Source: a virus. Taken from it: a stretch of 50,246 bases of DNA. Under the pieces are notes generated by a model, which was not told where the DNA came from, made no database searches, and was given only the letters and a program-made list of their open reading frames with translations. The stretch's first letter is position 1, and each line of letters opens with the position of its first letter. A program made the position numbers and the translations under genes. Of the stretch, positions 41,135 through 50,246 are shown one piece after another. The DNA lies in IMG/VR virus record IMGVR_UViG_3300047496_000021, positions 1 through 50,246 of that record; one strand, written 5' to 3'.

Positions 41135-41445
41135 GGGTGGGGGCCAGCCATCGGGGGAACGGGCGCTTGGTGCAACATCTGCCATTGCTGAAACTGCCGC
41201 TGCACGTCCTGGATCACCGGCGCGGAGACCTTGAATGGCTGGTCCGCAAGGGCGTTGGCGATGATGACCAACTCTTGCGGGTCCAGCGTGAGGGTGACCT
41301 TGTTGGGGTCGGCAGAGGGCGCGGGAGGAGCGCTGGCGGGCGGGGTCTTTGGGGCTGGCACAGCGGGAGGGGAATAGGCCCCCGCCGCCCAAGCCACCGG
41401 CGTGGCCAAGGACAGAACCGCCGCGAGGGTGAAGATGTGTTTCAT
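41131..41445 (-). CDS. Secreted Pro-rich protein
   Basis: Start trimmed to the ATG at 41445. Signal peptide MKHIFTLAAVLSLATPVAWA. Confidence 0.5.
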   Translation of the reverse strand: MKHIFTLAAVLSLATPVAWAAGAYSPPAVPAPKTPPASAPPAPSADPNKVTLTLDPQELVIIANALADQPFKVSAPVIQDVQRQFQQWQMLHQAPVPPMAGPHP

Positions 41446-41455
41446 GGTGTGATCT

Positions 41456-44400
41456 CTAGCAATGGGTGACAATGCCGCCGACGCTGGCAAAGCTGGCGCT
41501 CGGGGTGCCAGAACAGGAAAGGCCCGTGGATGATCCGGCGATGTAGCCCGTCGCCGTCATCGCGCCCGTAATGGTTTCGGCCCCTGCGTCGGTGAGGGTA
41601 AAGGGATCGGCGGAGTTTGCACTATTGGCGATGTAAAAATTGCCATTAAGAAAGAAGAAGTACTTGTTCGGCGTCGTCGAGCCGTTGCCTGTAAATTCAA
41701 AAGCCGCGCCCACAGAGCCTGTGTTTGTCCAGTGCACCATGATATTGTTGAAGTTGCTTGTCACGGATTGGATCGAGCCAGGGGCAAGCGGAAAATAGTT
41801 CGACAGCAGCGACGTGAAGCCCGCGCCAGACACCGTGCCCGCGACAGTCAACGCTCCGCCCGTCGTCAGAGACGCGACCTGCTCATTCCCCGCGATGTCA
41901 ACGAAAAACAAGTTAGCGGAATTGGCCGCGTTAATGCCCCGGAAAAAATATCCCGTTGGGCTGGTGTCTGTGCTGCGTTGAGCAAGGAAAACATCGCCAC
42001 CGTTGCTATACATCTTGCCCACAAACCCCACGTTGGTGAGGCCCGCTGTGGGTGATCCCGTATCAAACCCAATGGCTGTACTGGTGGCAATGTAGTTTAC
42101 GGCGGTCCAATCTCCCAGCCAATCCAAAGCCGCCAAGCCTGCGCTGTTGCCGTAGTTTGTGAGATACTGAGCATAGCCCGTAGGGGACGCCGCCGGGGCC
42201 TGTTCGTAGAGGCCCACGCCGCCGTTAGCCAAACCCTTAAGGGTGATGTCTACATTGGTGACGTTGGAGACCGAAGGCATGGGGCCGCCAGAATAGGGAC
42301 CGATGATGATGCCCGCATTCGTTGGCGACAGCGCCACGGCGTTGACCGCGTGGAGGATGTCCATGCCGTAGTTCCAGTTGGACCCGTCAGGCCCGCGCGA
42401 CATAAGGATACCGAATGGCCCTTGATCGGCGGTTGTGTATCCTCCCGTCCCCTCAACCAGCACGGCGATGGACCCCGCCGCCACCGCCGAACCGTTGTAA
42501 AGGTCAAACTCCGCGCCGTTGCAGGTTCCCCTGAATCCATACGGTTCAAAGCAAATGGCGTTTATGTCCCAGATGGTGGCGGAGCTAGATGTGGCGGACG
42601 AAATCGCGCCAAAATACCCCGCAACAAGACTGTTCGTGGCGCTCGCAGGCTGAATCACTTCCGCGCTGAACAGATTGTTTGCCCCGCCCGAAGCTGACGC
42701 CGCCGCCGCTTGGGTGCCTTGAAGGACCAGCCAAGGTCCCCAGGCTTGCTCCGCGTAGTTTGTATTCATGAGCGGGAATGGATTAACCGCCGTTGTGACC
42801 CCGCTGGCCACGTTTTGAAGCGTGCCCGCATAGGTGTATTGCCCGGTCCCGCCCGCCGTCCCCGAGTTTTGCCCCGCGATGATTACTGCCGTTGACCCGC
42901 CGCCGCTTACCACCGTGCCGGCTTGAAGAGTGCCCGACGTGACGGTGGCAGTATATAGACCGGTGCTCACCGAAGTGCTCAAAGCGCCCGCTGAAACAAC
43001 AGCGGCGGTTTGCCCTCCCGAGCCCGTGAACGTCGCCGCCGGGCTGATGTCCCAATAGATCGACTTGGAGGATTGGTTGATGGCCGTCGCGAGGTTGTAT
43101 GTCCCGGCGGGAACGATGATGCGACCGCCGTTGGCGCCCAGAGCCGCGATGGCCAAGTTAAAAGCTGCCGTGCTGGACGTGGCCCCGGTGTTGTCCGCCC
43201 CGAGCGTCAGCACGTTTGGCGCGCTGTAGTTGGACGTGGAAATACCCGTGCTGAGGCTTGTGACGCCGCTGATGTTGGTGCTGATGCCAGTGGACGCGGA
43301 TGTCGATAGCGACGTGACGGTGCTGGTTGTGGCCGACAAGCCCGTGCTGATCGACGCGATTTGCGAGGTGTGCGTGCTGAGCCCAGTGGACGCGGAAGTT
43401 GAAAGTGTCACCGCGCTCGCGTTTGTGGTGGAGAGCGCGGTGGACAGAGATGTGACGCCGCCGCTCGTCGTCGAGAGGCCGGTCGAAAGCGACACCACAC
43501 CAGAGCCAACGGTGCTGATGCCGGTGCTGGTTGAAGTGGATAGAGACGCAACGGAAATGCTGACCGCGCCGATGGACGTGGAAAGGCCCGCGATCCCCGT
43601 GGACGCCGACGTGGAGACGTAGCTCACATTCGCATTGGTCGTGCCCAGTGACGTGCTGAGGGATGCGGCGGCGCTGACGCCGGTAGACAGGCCAAGCGAC
43701 GCGGATGTGGAAAGCGAGCCGACGTTGCTATTTGTCGAAGAAAGGCCAGTGGAGAGCGAGGCCGCACCGCTCTGAGCGGACGTTGAAAGCGAACCAACGC
43801 TGCTATTTGTGCTAGATAGCCCAGTCGAGAGCGACGTCTCGTTGCTGTAAGCGATGCTCAGGCCAGTGGACGCCGACGTCGATAGCGTCGTGATGCTGGC
43901 GTTCGTAGACGACAAGGCAGTGCTTAGGACAAGCGGACCCGTGCCGGTTGGGATGCCGGACAGTGCGGACGCCACGCTTGTGCCAAGGCCGGATACGCCG
44001 GTGGAGATCGGCAAGCCCGTGGCGTTGGTGAGGGTGACGCTGGCCGGTGTGCCGAACGCAAGGCCGTTCGGAAGCGACGTGGAAATTGACGGCACACCCG
44101 CGCCCGTCGTGACCAAAACGCCGTTGTTGACAGTCGCGAGGCCCGTGACGGCGGTTCCGGTTGTGGCGTAGTAGGCTAGGTCATTAGCCGTTCCCGACGT
44201 GACGGTGCCCCCGCCCCCGCCCGTGGTGCAAACGCCGCCTGCTGAAACAAGATTGCCGCTCGAATCGAACTGGACGCAGTAACCCGCCGTCAGGGCGCCG
44301 CTGATCGTGCCAAACGTCGTCGTGTTACCGGATCTTGAAAAGGCAGTCAGCCCTGTGCCGCCGTGACTGGTCGAAAGCGTTCCGGTAACACCCGTCGATA

Positions 44401-44659
44401 AGATCGCCGATACGTTGCTGTTCGTGGTGCTGAGACCCGTGGACAGAGACGACACGACAGGCGAATTGGACGCGCTGAGGTTAGTCTGAGCAAACGCGCT
44501 CGTCAGATTGACCGTGCAAGCCTTATAACTACCGCCCTGTATGCAAGGCTGGATTTCCGTTCCCGTAAGCGTTGAAGGCGCGGGGTAGTTTTGCCCCGCC
44601 GCCAATGTAGGGATTAGCGCAAGAGCGCTAGACGCAAGGAGGGCCTGAAAGCGGGTCAT
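41456..44659 (-). CDS. Tail fibre/tailspike with a Ser/Thr-repeat shaft and a pectate-lyase-like (beta-helix depolymerase) domain
   Basis: 1067 aa. SLSTGLSSTNSNVGSLSTSAS-type repeats span aa ~245-478, followed by NVLTLGADNTGATSSTAAFNLAIAALGANGGRIIVPAGTYNL. Confidence 0.8.
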   Translation of the reverse strand: MTRFQALLASSALALIPTLAAGQNYPAPSTLTGTEIQPCIQGGSYKACTVNLTSAFAQTNLSASNSPVVSSLSTGLSTTNSNVSAILSTGVTGTLSTSHGGTGLTAFSRSGNTTTFGTISGALTAGYCVQFDSSGNLVSAGGVCTTGGGGGTVTSGTANDLAYYATTGTAVTGLATVNNGVLVTTGAGVPSISTSLPNGLAFGTPASVTLTNATGLPISTGVSGLGTSVASALSGIPTGTGPLVLSTALSSTNASITTLSTSASTGLSIAYSNETSLSTGLSSTNSSVGSLSTSAQSGAASLSTGLSSTNSNVGSLSTSASLGLSTGVSAAASLSTSLGTTNANVSYVSTSASTGIAGLSTSIGAVSISVASLSTSTSTGISTVGSGVVSLSTGLSTTSGGVTSLSTALSTTNASAVTLSTSASTGLSTHTSQIASISTGLSATTSTVTSLSTSASTGISTNISGVTSLSTGISTSNYSAPNVLTLGADNTGATSSTAAFNLAIAALGANGGRIIVPAGTYNLATAINQSSKSIYWDISPAATFTGSGGQTAAVVSAGALSTSVSTGLYTATVTSGTLQAGTVVSGGGSTAVIIAGQNSGTAGGTGQYTYAGTLQNVASGVTTAVNPFPLMNTNYAEQAWGPWLVLQGTQAAAASASGGANNLFSAEVIQPASATNSLVAGYFGAISSATSSSATIWDINAICFEPYGFRGTCNGAEFDLYNGSAVAAGSIAVLVEGTGGYTTADQGPFGILMSRGPDGSNWNYGMDILHAVNAVALSPTNAGIIIGPYSGGPMPSVSNVTNVDITLKGLANGGVGLYEQAPAASPTGYAQYLTNYGNSAGLAALDWLGDWTAVNYIATSTAIGFDTGSPTAGLTNVGFVGKMYSNGGDVFLAQRSTDTSPTGYFFRGINAANSANLFFVDIAGNEQVASLTTGGALTVAGTVSGAGFTSLLSNYFPLAPGSIQSVTSNFNNIMVHWTNTGSVGAAFEFTGNGSTTPNKYFFFLNGNFYIANSANSADPFTLTDAGAETITGAMTATGYIAGSSTGLSCSGTPSASFASVGGIVTHC
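43225..43927 (-). repeat. Coding repeat region (about 22-residue Ser/Thr-rich units) of the fibre shaft
   Basis: Repeated LSTS/LSTG strings in the translation. Confidence 0.7.
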
Positions 44660-45015
44660 GAAACGCCTTGATTGATCGGGATGGCCATTTCAACGCCGTT
44701 CGACATGGCGATAACCTGGCCGCCCAGCCCGCGCCCCGGCAAAAGTGACAGGTAGCACTTTGCCGATTCCACCGTGGGCACGCGCTTAGCCATGGTGAGA
44801 AACTGCGCCTTGACGTAACCGATCGGCGGCTGTTTGCCGAGGATGGCGGGATAATCCACGCCAATCGTGGTGTCATACCAGCAATCGCCTAGGCCCGTGC
44901 GAATGCCGGACGCGATGTCCTGCGCCACGGCGTAAGGTTCCGACGCAATGGCGATATTGCCAAAAGCGTCGAGACACCAATCCCACGTGTCTTGGGTAAG
45001 TAAGGCGGTTTTCAA
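44656..45015 (-). CDS. Small baseplate/fibre-associated protein
   Basis: 119 aa, TTG start, ATGA-type coupling to the fibre gene. QDIASGIRTGLGDCWYDTTIGVDYP resembles gp25/XkdS-type wedge proteins. Confidence 0.45.
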   Translation of the reverse strand: MKTALLTQDTWDWCLDAFGNIAIASEPYAVAQDIASGIRTGLGDCWYDTTIGVDYPAILGKQPPIGYVKAQFLTMAKRVPTVESAKCYLSLLPGRGLGGQVIAMSNGVEMAIPINQGVS

Positions 45016-45069
45016 ATCACACCCCGTTCGGAAGTCCCCACGCTACCCTATCCGCGTCGAAGTTAAAGC

Positions 45070-46509
45070 CTAAGCGCTCGCGTCCTGATATTCGTAGCTA
45101 AAGAGGATCGTGTTTGACGTATAGGTTTGCATCGTCACGGTGTCGGTTATGGTGCAGGTGACATTGATTTGCGTCGTCGAGCCCCGCGCCTCGTGCGTGC
45201 AGGACACTTGACAACTGGCGCCCGTGGCGACGAGCGCCCATGAGCCGCTTGGCGTGTCAAGATAGACGAAACTCCACGCATAAGTGAACGAGCCTGACCC
45301 GCCGGTCGCAACCGCCGATATGGGCGGAAAGGTGTAATTTGGATTGATGGTCGAGGCGGCATAGATCGAACCCGAAATAACCACGACGACGCTTGTATTC
45401 TGGAAGCTGTAGGTTGCCGGCGCGCTCGTTGCGATAAGGCCGGTCACCGAATCCGTGACGCGGCAAACAATGGACGCGCTCGCCACAACACCCGACCCCA
45501 CCCCTGACACAGATGGCGTGGTGATTTGGCTTGCTCCGTTGGCCGTGATCCATGTTCCGCCGCTCGATGAATTGATGATCCAATCATAGATAAATGAGCC
45601 CGAACCGCCCGTGACGGTCGCCGTGTTGGTCCCAAAGGTATGGGCCGCGCTCGCTCCCGTCGCCGTTGCGCCCGCGCCAATGCTCACGCTCAAGGTCGCG
45701 ACGCTCGTATCTTGGAAGGAATAAGCCGCCGCCGAGCTGGTCGCGGTGTCGCCTGTGATGGTGTCAGTCACGGTGCATGTCAGTGACGCTGTCGATGTTG
45801 CCCCCGCGCCCACGCCGGATGTGCTGAGCACGATTGAGGCCGTCGTGGTCCCGCTGTCGGCCCAAGTCTGGCCCGCGCCATAGGTATAGGCCCACTGATA
45901 GTTGAACGATCCCGAACCGCCGCCCACCGTCGCGGTGTTGCTCGGAAACGTGAAGAATGTCGCGGGCCCGCTCGTATTGTAGCCCGCCCCCGTCTGAATG
46001 CTGATGGTTAACGTGCCGTAAGTCGGCGTCGGCCCCGTCAGAAGAACGCCCGCCGGCCTCACAAAGCTGATAAGCTCATTGATGATCGCCGTCTGAACCG
46101 CATTGGGCGAAAACCCCAATTGCAGCGTCATCGTCATGTTCTGATTGTCGATGACGTAACAGTCCCCAAGACCCGGAAACAGGTTCATGAGGATGGCGTT
46201 GATTTCCTGGCACGTGCAGTTGGCGATATTCGCCGCCGCCTTTGCCTGAACGAGGAGCCGAAACGCGGAGTCGCTCAACGCATAATTTCCGTATCCCGTG
46301 ACTTCCAAATTGCGCCCGTTCGTGAGGCCGACAACGGCGCCCAGAACATCAAGGCCCTCGCCTGTCGCGGTATTGATATTCATCGTGTCCGCCACGAAAG
46401 CCGCGATATTGGCTTGCGGGTCGAGAATGGCGTTCCAGTCCGCCAAGAGCGTCGTGATGACGGGCGAATTTTGGTATTGCGGCGCGAGGGTCTGTTGCCA
46501 ATTCTGCAT
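45070..46509 (-). CDS. Baseplate protein (tail protein I / DUF2612-like N-terminal domain) with three C-terminal Ig-like repeats
   Basis: Follows the J-like gene. Three ~95-aa repeats each contain GGSGSF.Y.W and C.VTD..TG. Confidence 0.65.
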   Translation of the reverse strand: MQNWQQTLAPQYQNSPVITTLLADWNAILDPQANIAAFVADTMNINTATGEGLDVLGAVVGLTNGRNLEVTGYGNYALSDSAFRLLVQAKAAANIANCTCQEINAILMNLFPGLGDCYVIDNQNMTMTLQLGFSPNAVQTAIINELISFVRPAGVLLTGPTPTYGTLTISIQTGAGYNTSGPATFFTFPSNTATVGGGSGSFNYQWAYTYGAGQTWADSGTTTASIVLSTSGVGAGATSTASLTCTVTDTITGDTATSSAAAYSFQDTSVATLSVSIGAGATATGASAAHTFGTNTATVTGGSGSFIYDWIINSSSGGTWITANGASQITTPSVSGVGSGVVASASIVCRVTDSVTGLIATSAPATYSFQNTSVVVVISGSIYAASTINPNYTFPPISAVATGGSGSFTYAWSFVYLDTPSGSWALVATGASCQVSCTHEARGSTTQINVTCTITDTVTMQTYTSNTILFSYEYQDASA

Positions 46510-46512
46510 CGG

Positions 46513-47928
46513 CTAGACCAAGGTGAGCGCGATATTGTTCACGTCAAGCACCGGCTCTTGATTGATCTGCACGGTGAGATCGGGCGACGCCGCCGGAATA
46601 AGCGTCAGGGTTTCCGACGCCACGGTCTGCGACGCACTCACCGTCCACGTCGAGCCTGCGCCGGATTTGATATAGGTCCCATCCGTCACGCCCGTTCCGG
46701 TCACGAATTGACCGATGGCCACCGTGCCCGACGTGACCGAACCAACCGTGAGAGTTGTTCCTGAAATGGATCCCACAATCACGGCGCCGGTCGCGTTCGC
46801 CGACCCCACCGAAATAGAAATAAGACCCTGCGCCCATGCGCCTAAGGCGGCGATGTTGTTATAGAACCTGAGCGCGTAGATGGTCGAGCCGATGCGCGCG
46901 CGTGGGCCGCCATCCTCGCCATTGAACGATTGCTGAATGGCCCCTTGAATGAGGGTGAGCGCATTCGACGGGACATTGGCCGAATTGGTGAGGGATACGG
47001 CAAAATAGATATTGAGGTTCGCGGGTATCTCGAACGTCACCGTGTAGGACGGCGGGACCCCATAAAGCGGGTTAGGGTCATAGACCGCCTGGCTTGTGTT
47101 GCCGTTATAGGCGCATCCGGGGTTTTTCTTCGTCCAGATGGCCTGCGCCACCGCTTGGCTGTTTCCCCCGACCACGGCCACATAAACCGAGTGGGCGATA
47201 AGGCTCTGACCGCCGATGGTCACGGTCGAGCCCGTGGGATTATCCACCACATAGGCGTCGATTACATTGGCGACGCTCAGCACCTGGCCAAGGATGGCGT
47301 CGGTTGGCGCAAGGCTGTTGGCCGCGATGGCAAGCTGCTGACGCGCATAGAACGCATAGGCGGTTTCCACGTCATTGCCGGTTACGCCCGCCAAGGGATT
47401 GCTGACCGAATCCCATCCCGGAATGGTCTGATATGGCGTGGTGACAATCGCGTTTTCAGGGCAGACGATAGGACCGTCCACGGTGCACTGAAACTGGATA
47501 TTGACCGCGCCCGACGCTGGAATAGTCGCCGCCGATGTTGAGGCGTAGGTGTTGCCGCTCACGTCCTGAATGAGCGAAAGGGCGGGAATGACCGTTCCCG
47601 TTAGACCGACCGCGACGCCGATCACGACGGTCGGCTGCGCGGGATTGCGGGTCAGATTGTAGAGCGCGCCGATAGCGTCCTGAACCAAGCCCGACGCGAA
47701 GGCGGGATTGTAGGAATTGAACAGCGCGACCATCTGGTCATAAAGATCGCCAATCACGGCGGATTGAGTGACGAGAAAATTGCCCTGGCTCGTTGTCGGG
47801 TCAAGATTGATATCGGCCCCGAAGGCCGTCTGATAGTCAGTTTGCAAACCGGCCAGAATGGCGGCTTGGGTCGGGGCTACCCATCCGGTCGGGGTGAATG
47901 TGATTGTGGGAACGGCGGTCGTGGCCAT
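46513..47928 (-). CDS. Baseplate J-like protein
   Basis: 471 aa. N-terminal [28 protein letters not shown]...[21 protein letters not shown] pattern. Carries one ~40-aa surface module near the C terminus. Confidence 0.8.
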   Translation of the reverse strand: MATTAVPTITFTPTGWVAPTQAAILAGLQTDYQTAFGADINLDPTTSQGNFLVTQSAVIGDLYDQMVALFNSYNPAFASGLVQDAIGALYNLTRNPAQPTVVIGVAVGLTGTVIPALSLIQDVSGNTYASTSAATIPASGAVNIQFQCTVDGPIVCPENAIVTTPYQTIPGWDSVSNPLAGVTGNDVETAYAFYARQQLAIAANSLAPTDAILGQVLSVANVIDAYVVDNPTGSTVTIGGQSLIAHSVYVAVVGGNSQAVAQAIWTKKNPGCAYNGNTSQAVYDPNPLYGVPPSYTVTFEIPANLNIYFAVSLTNSANVPSNALTLIQGAIQQSFNGEDGGPRARIGSTIYALRFYNNIAALGAWAQGLISISVGSANATGAVIVGSISGTTLTVGSVTSGTVAIGQFVTGTGVTDGTYIKSGAGSTWTVSASQTVASETLTLIPAASPDLTVQINQEPVLDVNNIALTLV

Positions 47929-47930
47929 GG

Positions 47931-48374
47931 TCAGCCGCTATAGACGAAGGCTCGCCACCCTGACGACGTGACGCGAAGGCGAAGAATGGTATTTGACGTC
48001 TGCCACGGAAATGTGCCGGCGCTTGTGGCGTGATCTAAAATCACATCGCCGCTATAAGCCGTAATGGTCTGAGGATAAGTGCCGATATTGTCGGCGATGT
48101 CCTCAAATTCCACAAACTGCCCGACCGATAAGCCCGATAAAGCCGGCAAAGGGGGCGCTCCGGTCCCGTTTGCGTTCATCATGTATCGTGTATTGATCGC
48201 GACAGTGCCGGCATACAAAACAGCCGTTCCCCCGCTAAAATAAGCGCTTGCGGGGGATTTGGTGGCGACGCTCGCGCCAACCTGTTGAACGGCGATAAGG
48301 TCCGTTCCGGCCACCGTCGCGGTTGCGCCAAGGCTCGCGATCGTCAGGGGTATGAGGGTTGTGGAGTCACTCAT
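47931..48374 (-). CDS. Baseplate protein (at the gp25/W position)
   Basis: 147 aa between the spike and J-like genes; position only. Confidence 0.45.
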   Translation of the reverse strand: MSDSTTLIPLTIASLGATATVAGTDLIAVQQVGASVATKSPASAYFSGGTAVLYAGTVAINTRYMMNANGTGAPPLPALSGLSVGQFVEFEDIADNIGTYPQTITAYSGDVILDHATSAGTFPWQTSNTILRLRVTSSGWRAFVYSG

Positions 48375-49033
48375 GCCGCCGTGACTTTCGCCGATCCTGT
48401 CTGAATGACGCCCGTGGTGAGGTTAACAGTATCACCAACACGCGCAACGGCGGGTCCTCCCGTGGCTCCTAGCGCGACCGCTGGAGCCTGCACCACAATT
48501 TGTGTGGTGTGCTTAAGGGTCATCACACCCTCGGCCATCGTGACGGAGTTGGCCCATTGATCGGTCAGTGTGATTCCGCCCGCGCCCACCGCAATTGTCT
48601 GCGTCGGCGCGCCATTGAGCCCCGGAAAGGCTCCGAAATACATGGCGTCCGCTGGGTCGAATTGACCGAATGAACCGGGATTGGAAATCGCTTTGTTCGC
48701 CTTGACGCTGGAAATGTCTCGGCTCGCGAAGAAAGCAATACCTAGATCGCCTACCGCCGGGTCAATCTCAATGGCGTTCGTGCCGCCTTGAAAATACAGA
48801 TACGGCACGCCGTAGATGGTCGAGTGTGGCCACGGAGCGCCAGAACCGTCGATTTGATTGACGGCGGGCTGAATATCAACCGTGAAACTAGGTGATGGAT
48901 AGACCGCGATCACTTGAACAATGGTCGATGTCCACATCTTCGACATGATTTGGCGAGCGATAAACGACATCACATTGAAGCGCGAGGAGCCAGTCGCGTT
49001 GGAGGCAAAGCCGGGATGTGACGTGTCGCTCAT
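48371..49033 (-). CDS. Baseplate central spike (gpV / Gp138 N-terminal OB-fold type)
   Basis: Start trimmed to the ATG at 49033 (ATGA-coupled). TSTIVQVIAVYPSPSFTVDIQPAVNQIDGSG...GVPYLYFQGG...GDLGIAFFASRDIS. Confidence 0.7.
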   Translation of the reverse strand: MSDTSHPGFASNATGSSRFNVMSFIARQIMSKMWTSTIVQVIAVYPSPSFTVDIQPAVNQIDGSGAPWPHSTIYGVPYLYFQGGTNAIEIDPAVGDLGIAFFASRDISSVKANKAISNPGSFGQFDPADAMYFGAFPGLNGAPTQTIAVGAGGITLTDQWANSVTMAEGVMTLKHTTQIVVQAPAVALGATGGPAVARVGDTVNLTTGVIQTGSAKVTAA

Positions 49034-49953
49034 GATGGAGCTACCGGCGCCGTATGACCCAAAAGCGAACACCCTATCGTGGTAAACCACTTGCCATTGA
49101 AGGTCTGGCTTTCAAGTTCATGCACGAGCGAAAAGACGTTCCATGAGCCATTCGCGGGCGTGATCTGGCTGAATACCCGAACCGTTCCGCCATAGATTAT
49201 TTGTGGATTGTAGAGCGTTTTCACATAGATGCCGTTATCGGTCCATGCGGGATAACCGACCATTCCGGTGTTGGGCGCCGTGGTTCCGTCCGCCAATACC
49301 GCGCCGCCGCCAATGTCGGCAATCTCGTAATTTCGCGCGCCCCCCACGGGCCAGATGGCCACGGTTTGAACGCCATTTACGTCATCAATGGTCCATTGAA
49401 ATCCGGCTTTTCGGGCCGCCGCTATCATCTGCGTTCGCAAATCTCCTGCGTAATACTGATTGGGGATGATCTTCGAACAGCCGTTGTTCTCGAAACGATA
49501 CCCCGCCGCCGCCGCGAGCTGAGCAATCACCGTCGCCACGTCCACCGGACCCTTGTAGCTATTAGGCGCGACAGGCGTGAACGCGGCAATGCTCCCAGTC
49601 TGAGCGGTTATCGTCAGCGCCACGTCCGGCGCGCCCGCGAAATCCTGCCATGCCTGCGTGATGTTCCCGATAAACGCCGTTGAGAGCGGGGCGCCGACAT
49701 TTCCGGCCAGCACTGTTACCGAATTGATCTTGCCCGACGTGAGAGGTTTGCCGAGATTGCTCAAGGCGTTCGCCACGTCCGGCGTCAGGCCATTAACCCG
49801 CATATCAAGCTGATTCATTCCGACCGATCCCGCTTTCGAAATCGTCGCTGAAATCCGCAAACCCTCAAAGCTCGCCTGATTGGACCCGTCAGCGAAGGTC
49901 GTTCCCGCGCCGAGGTTGAATATCAGATTGATCTGGCGCTCGATGAAACTCAT
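49030..49953 (-). CDS. Baseplate hub protein (gpD/XkdQ-position)
   Basis: 307 aa upstream of the spike gene; position and size. Confidence 0.55.
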   Translation of the reverse strand: MSFIERQINLIFNLGAGTTFADGSNQASFEGLRISATISKAGSVGMNQLDMRVNGLTPDVANALSNLGKPLTSGKINSVTVLAGNVGAPLSTAFIGNITQAWQDFAGAPDVALTITAQTGSIAAFTPVAPNSYKGPVDVATVIAQLAAAAGYRFENNGCSKIIPNQYYAGDLRTQMIAAARKAGFQWTIDDVNGVQTVAIWPVGGARNYEIADIGGGAVLADGTTAPNTGMVGYPAWTDNGIYVKTLYNPQIIYGGTVRVFSQITPANGSWNVFSLVHELESQTFNGKWFTTIGCSLLGHTAPVAPS

Positions 49954-50246
49954 GGCGGCACATAGGCGGCTATGGGATTGACGCCATCATAGGACAGAAA
50001 ATAGCCACCGCCCGCATTGACGATAAGCGTATTGGGGTCAAACGCCCCAGCCTGCGCTTGCGTGATGGCTCCCGTCAGATCCGCGTCGGAGCCGTAAATC
50101 AACTGATAGCGCGTGCCGAGACCCGTATAATATGGGTCACTGTCGCCTTGAGTGTCGAAGAACGCGAGGTTTCCGACGAAGGCAATATAATCGGCGCGCT
50201 TGAGCCGAATGAGGTTGAGCGCTAACACGCCGCCAAGGATGAGTAT
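49950..50246 (-). CDS. C-terminal part of the wrap-around baseplate-module gene (same gene as 1..274)
   Basis: Stop at 49950-49952. The frame is open to the contig end. Bases 50120-50246 duplicate 1-127. Confidence 0.7.
   Translation of the reverse strand: MLILGGVLALNLIRLKRADYIAFVGNLAFFDTQGDSDPYYTGLGTRYQLIYGSDADLTGAITQAQAGAFDPNTLIVNAGGGYFLSYDGVNPIAAYVPP
50120..50246. repeat. Terminal direct repeat, second copy of 1-127
   Basis: Identical sequence. Confidence 0.95.

Noticed and set aside
41456-44659. Signal-peptide-like N terminus of the tail fibre, implying a secreted host-type protein rather than a virion component
   Set aside because: Gene position (after the baseplate genes and coupled to them), size and fibre-type repeats argue for a structural fibre. 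The hydrophobic N terminus may simply be the baseplate-attachment segment.
1-50246. Lysogeny functions (integrase, excisionase, CI-type repressor, partition genes), tRNAs and a DNA polymerase
   Set aside because: No ORF in the track shows integrase, recombinase, ParA/B or polymerase motifs. No cloverleaf-like sequence stood out in the few intergenic gaps. The absence is reported in the summary rather than as a finding, because manual inspection can miss divergent genes.

Overview
The window is a complete phage genome. Bases 1-127 are identical to 50120-50246, so the contig closes on itself with a unique length of 50119 bp, and one baseplate-module gene is split across the ends. It is a high-GC, contractile-tail (myovirus-type) phage. 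The host is probably an alphaproteobacterium, because the phage encodes a GcrA homologue.

Layout:
- One long minus-strand unit runs 19808 -> 1 and wraps 50246 -> 37292. In order it carries a Cro-like HTH protein, an SF2 helicase, a DUF1376-like protein, an iteron/palindrome region, terS, terL, a portal, a MuF-like protein, a protease/scaffold protein, a cement protein, the major capsid protein, connector proteins, sheath, tube, a chaperone with a -1 frameshift, the tape measure, the baseplate, a tail fibre, a lysis cassette, nucleases and small genes.
- The plus strand carries two blocks of small early/accessory genes (19959-24005 and 27826-37291).
- Between those blocks sits an inverted minus-strand module (27711 -> 24010): Cro-like HTH, small HTH, SNF2 helicase, DNA methyltransferase, GcrA.

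I found no tRNA, rRNA, CRISPR array, integrase, reverse transcriptase or DNA polymerase.

Most notable observations:
1. The portal ORF carries a C-terminal type IB topoisomerase domain with the full catalytic residue set, encoded by visibly more AT-rich DNA.
2. Three in-frame hexanucleotide coding arrays each have a single variable base. Two of them sit in paralogous proteins.
3. A ~40-aa module recurs in the capsid cement, sheath, baseplate and fibre proteins.
4. An iteron/palindrome cluster lies between the replication and packaging genes.
5. A signal-peptide DNA/RNA non-specific nuclease and an HNH endonuclease follow an unusually populated lysis cassette.
6. A short AT-rich stretch carries two copies of one promoter cassette.

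All family names come from motif recognition by eye and memory. No searches were run.
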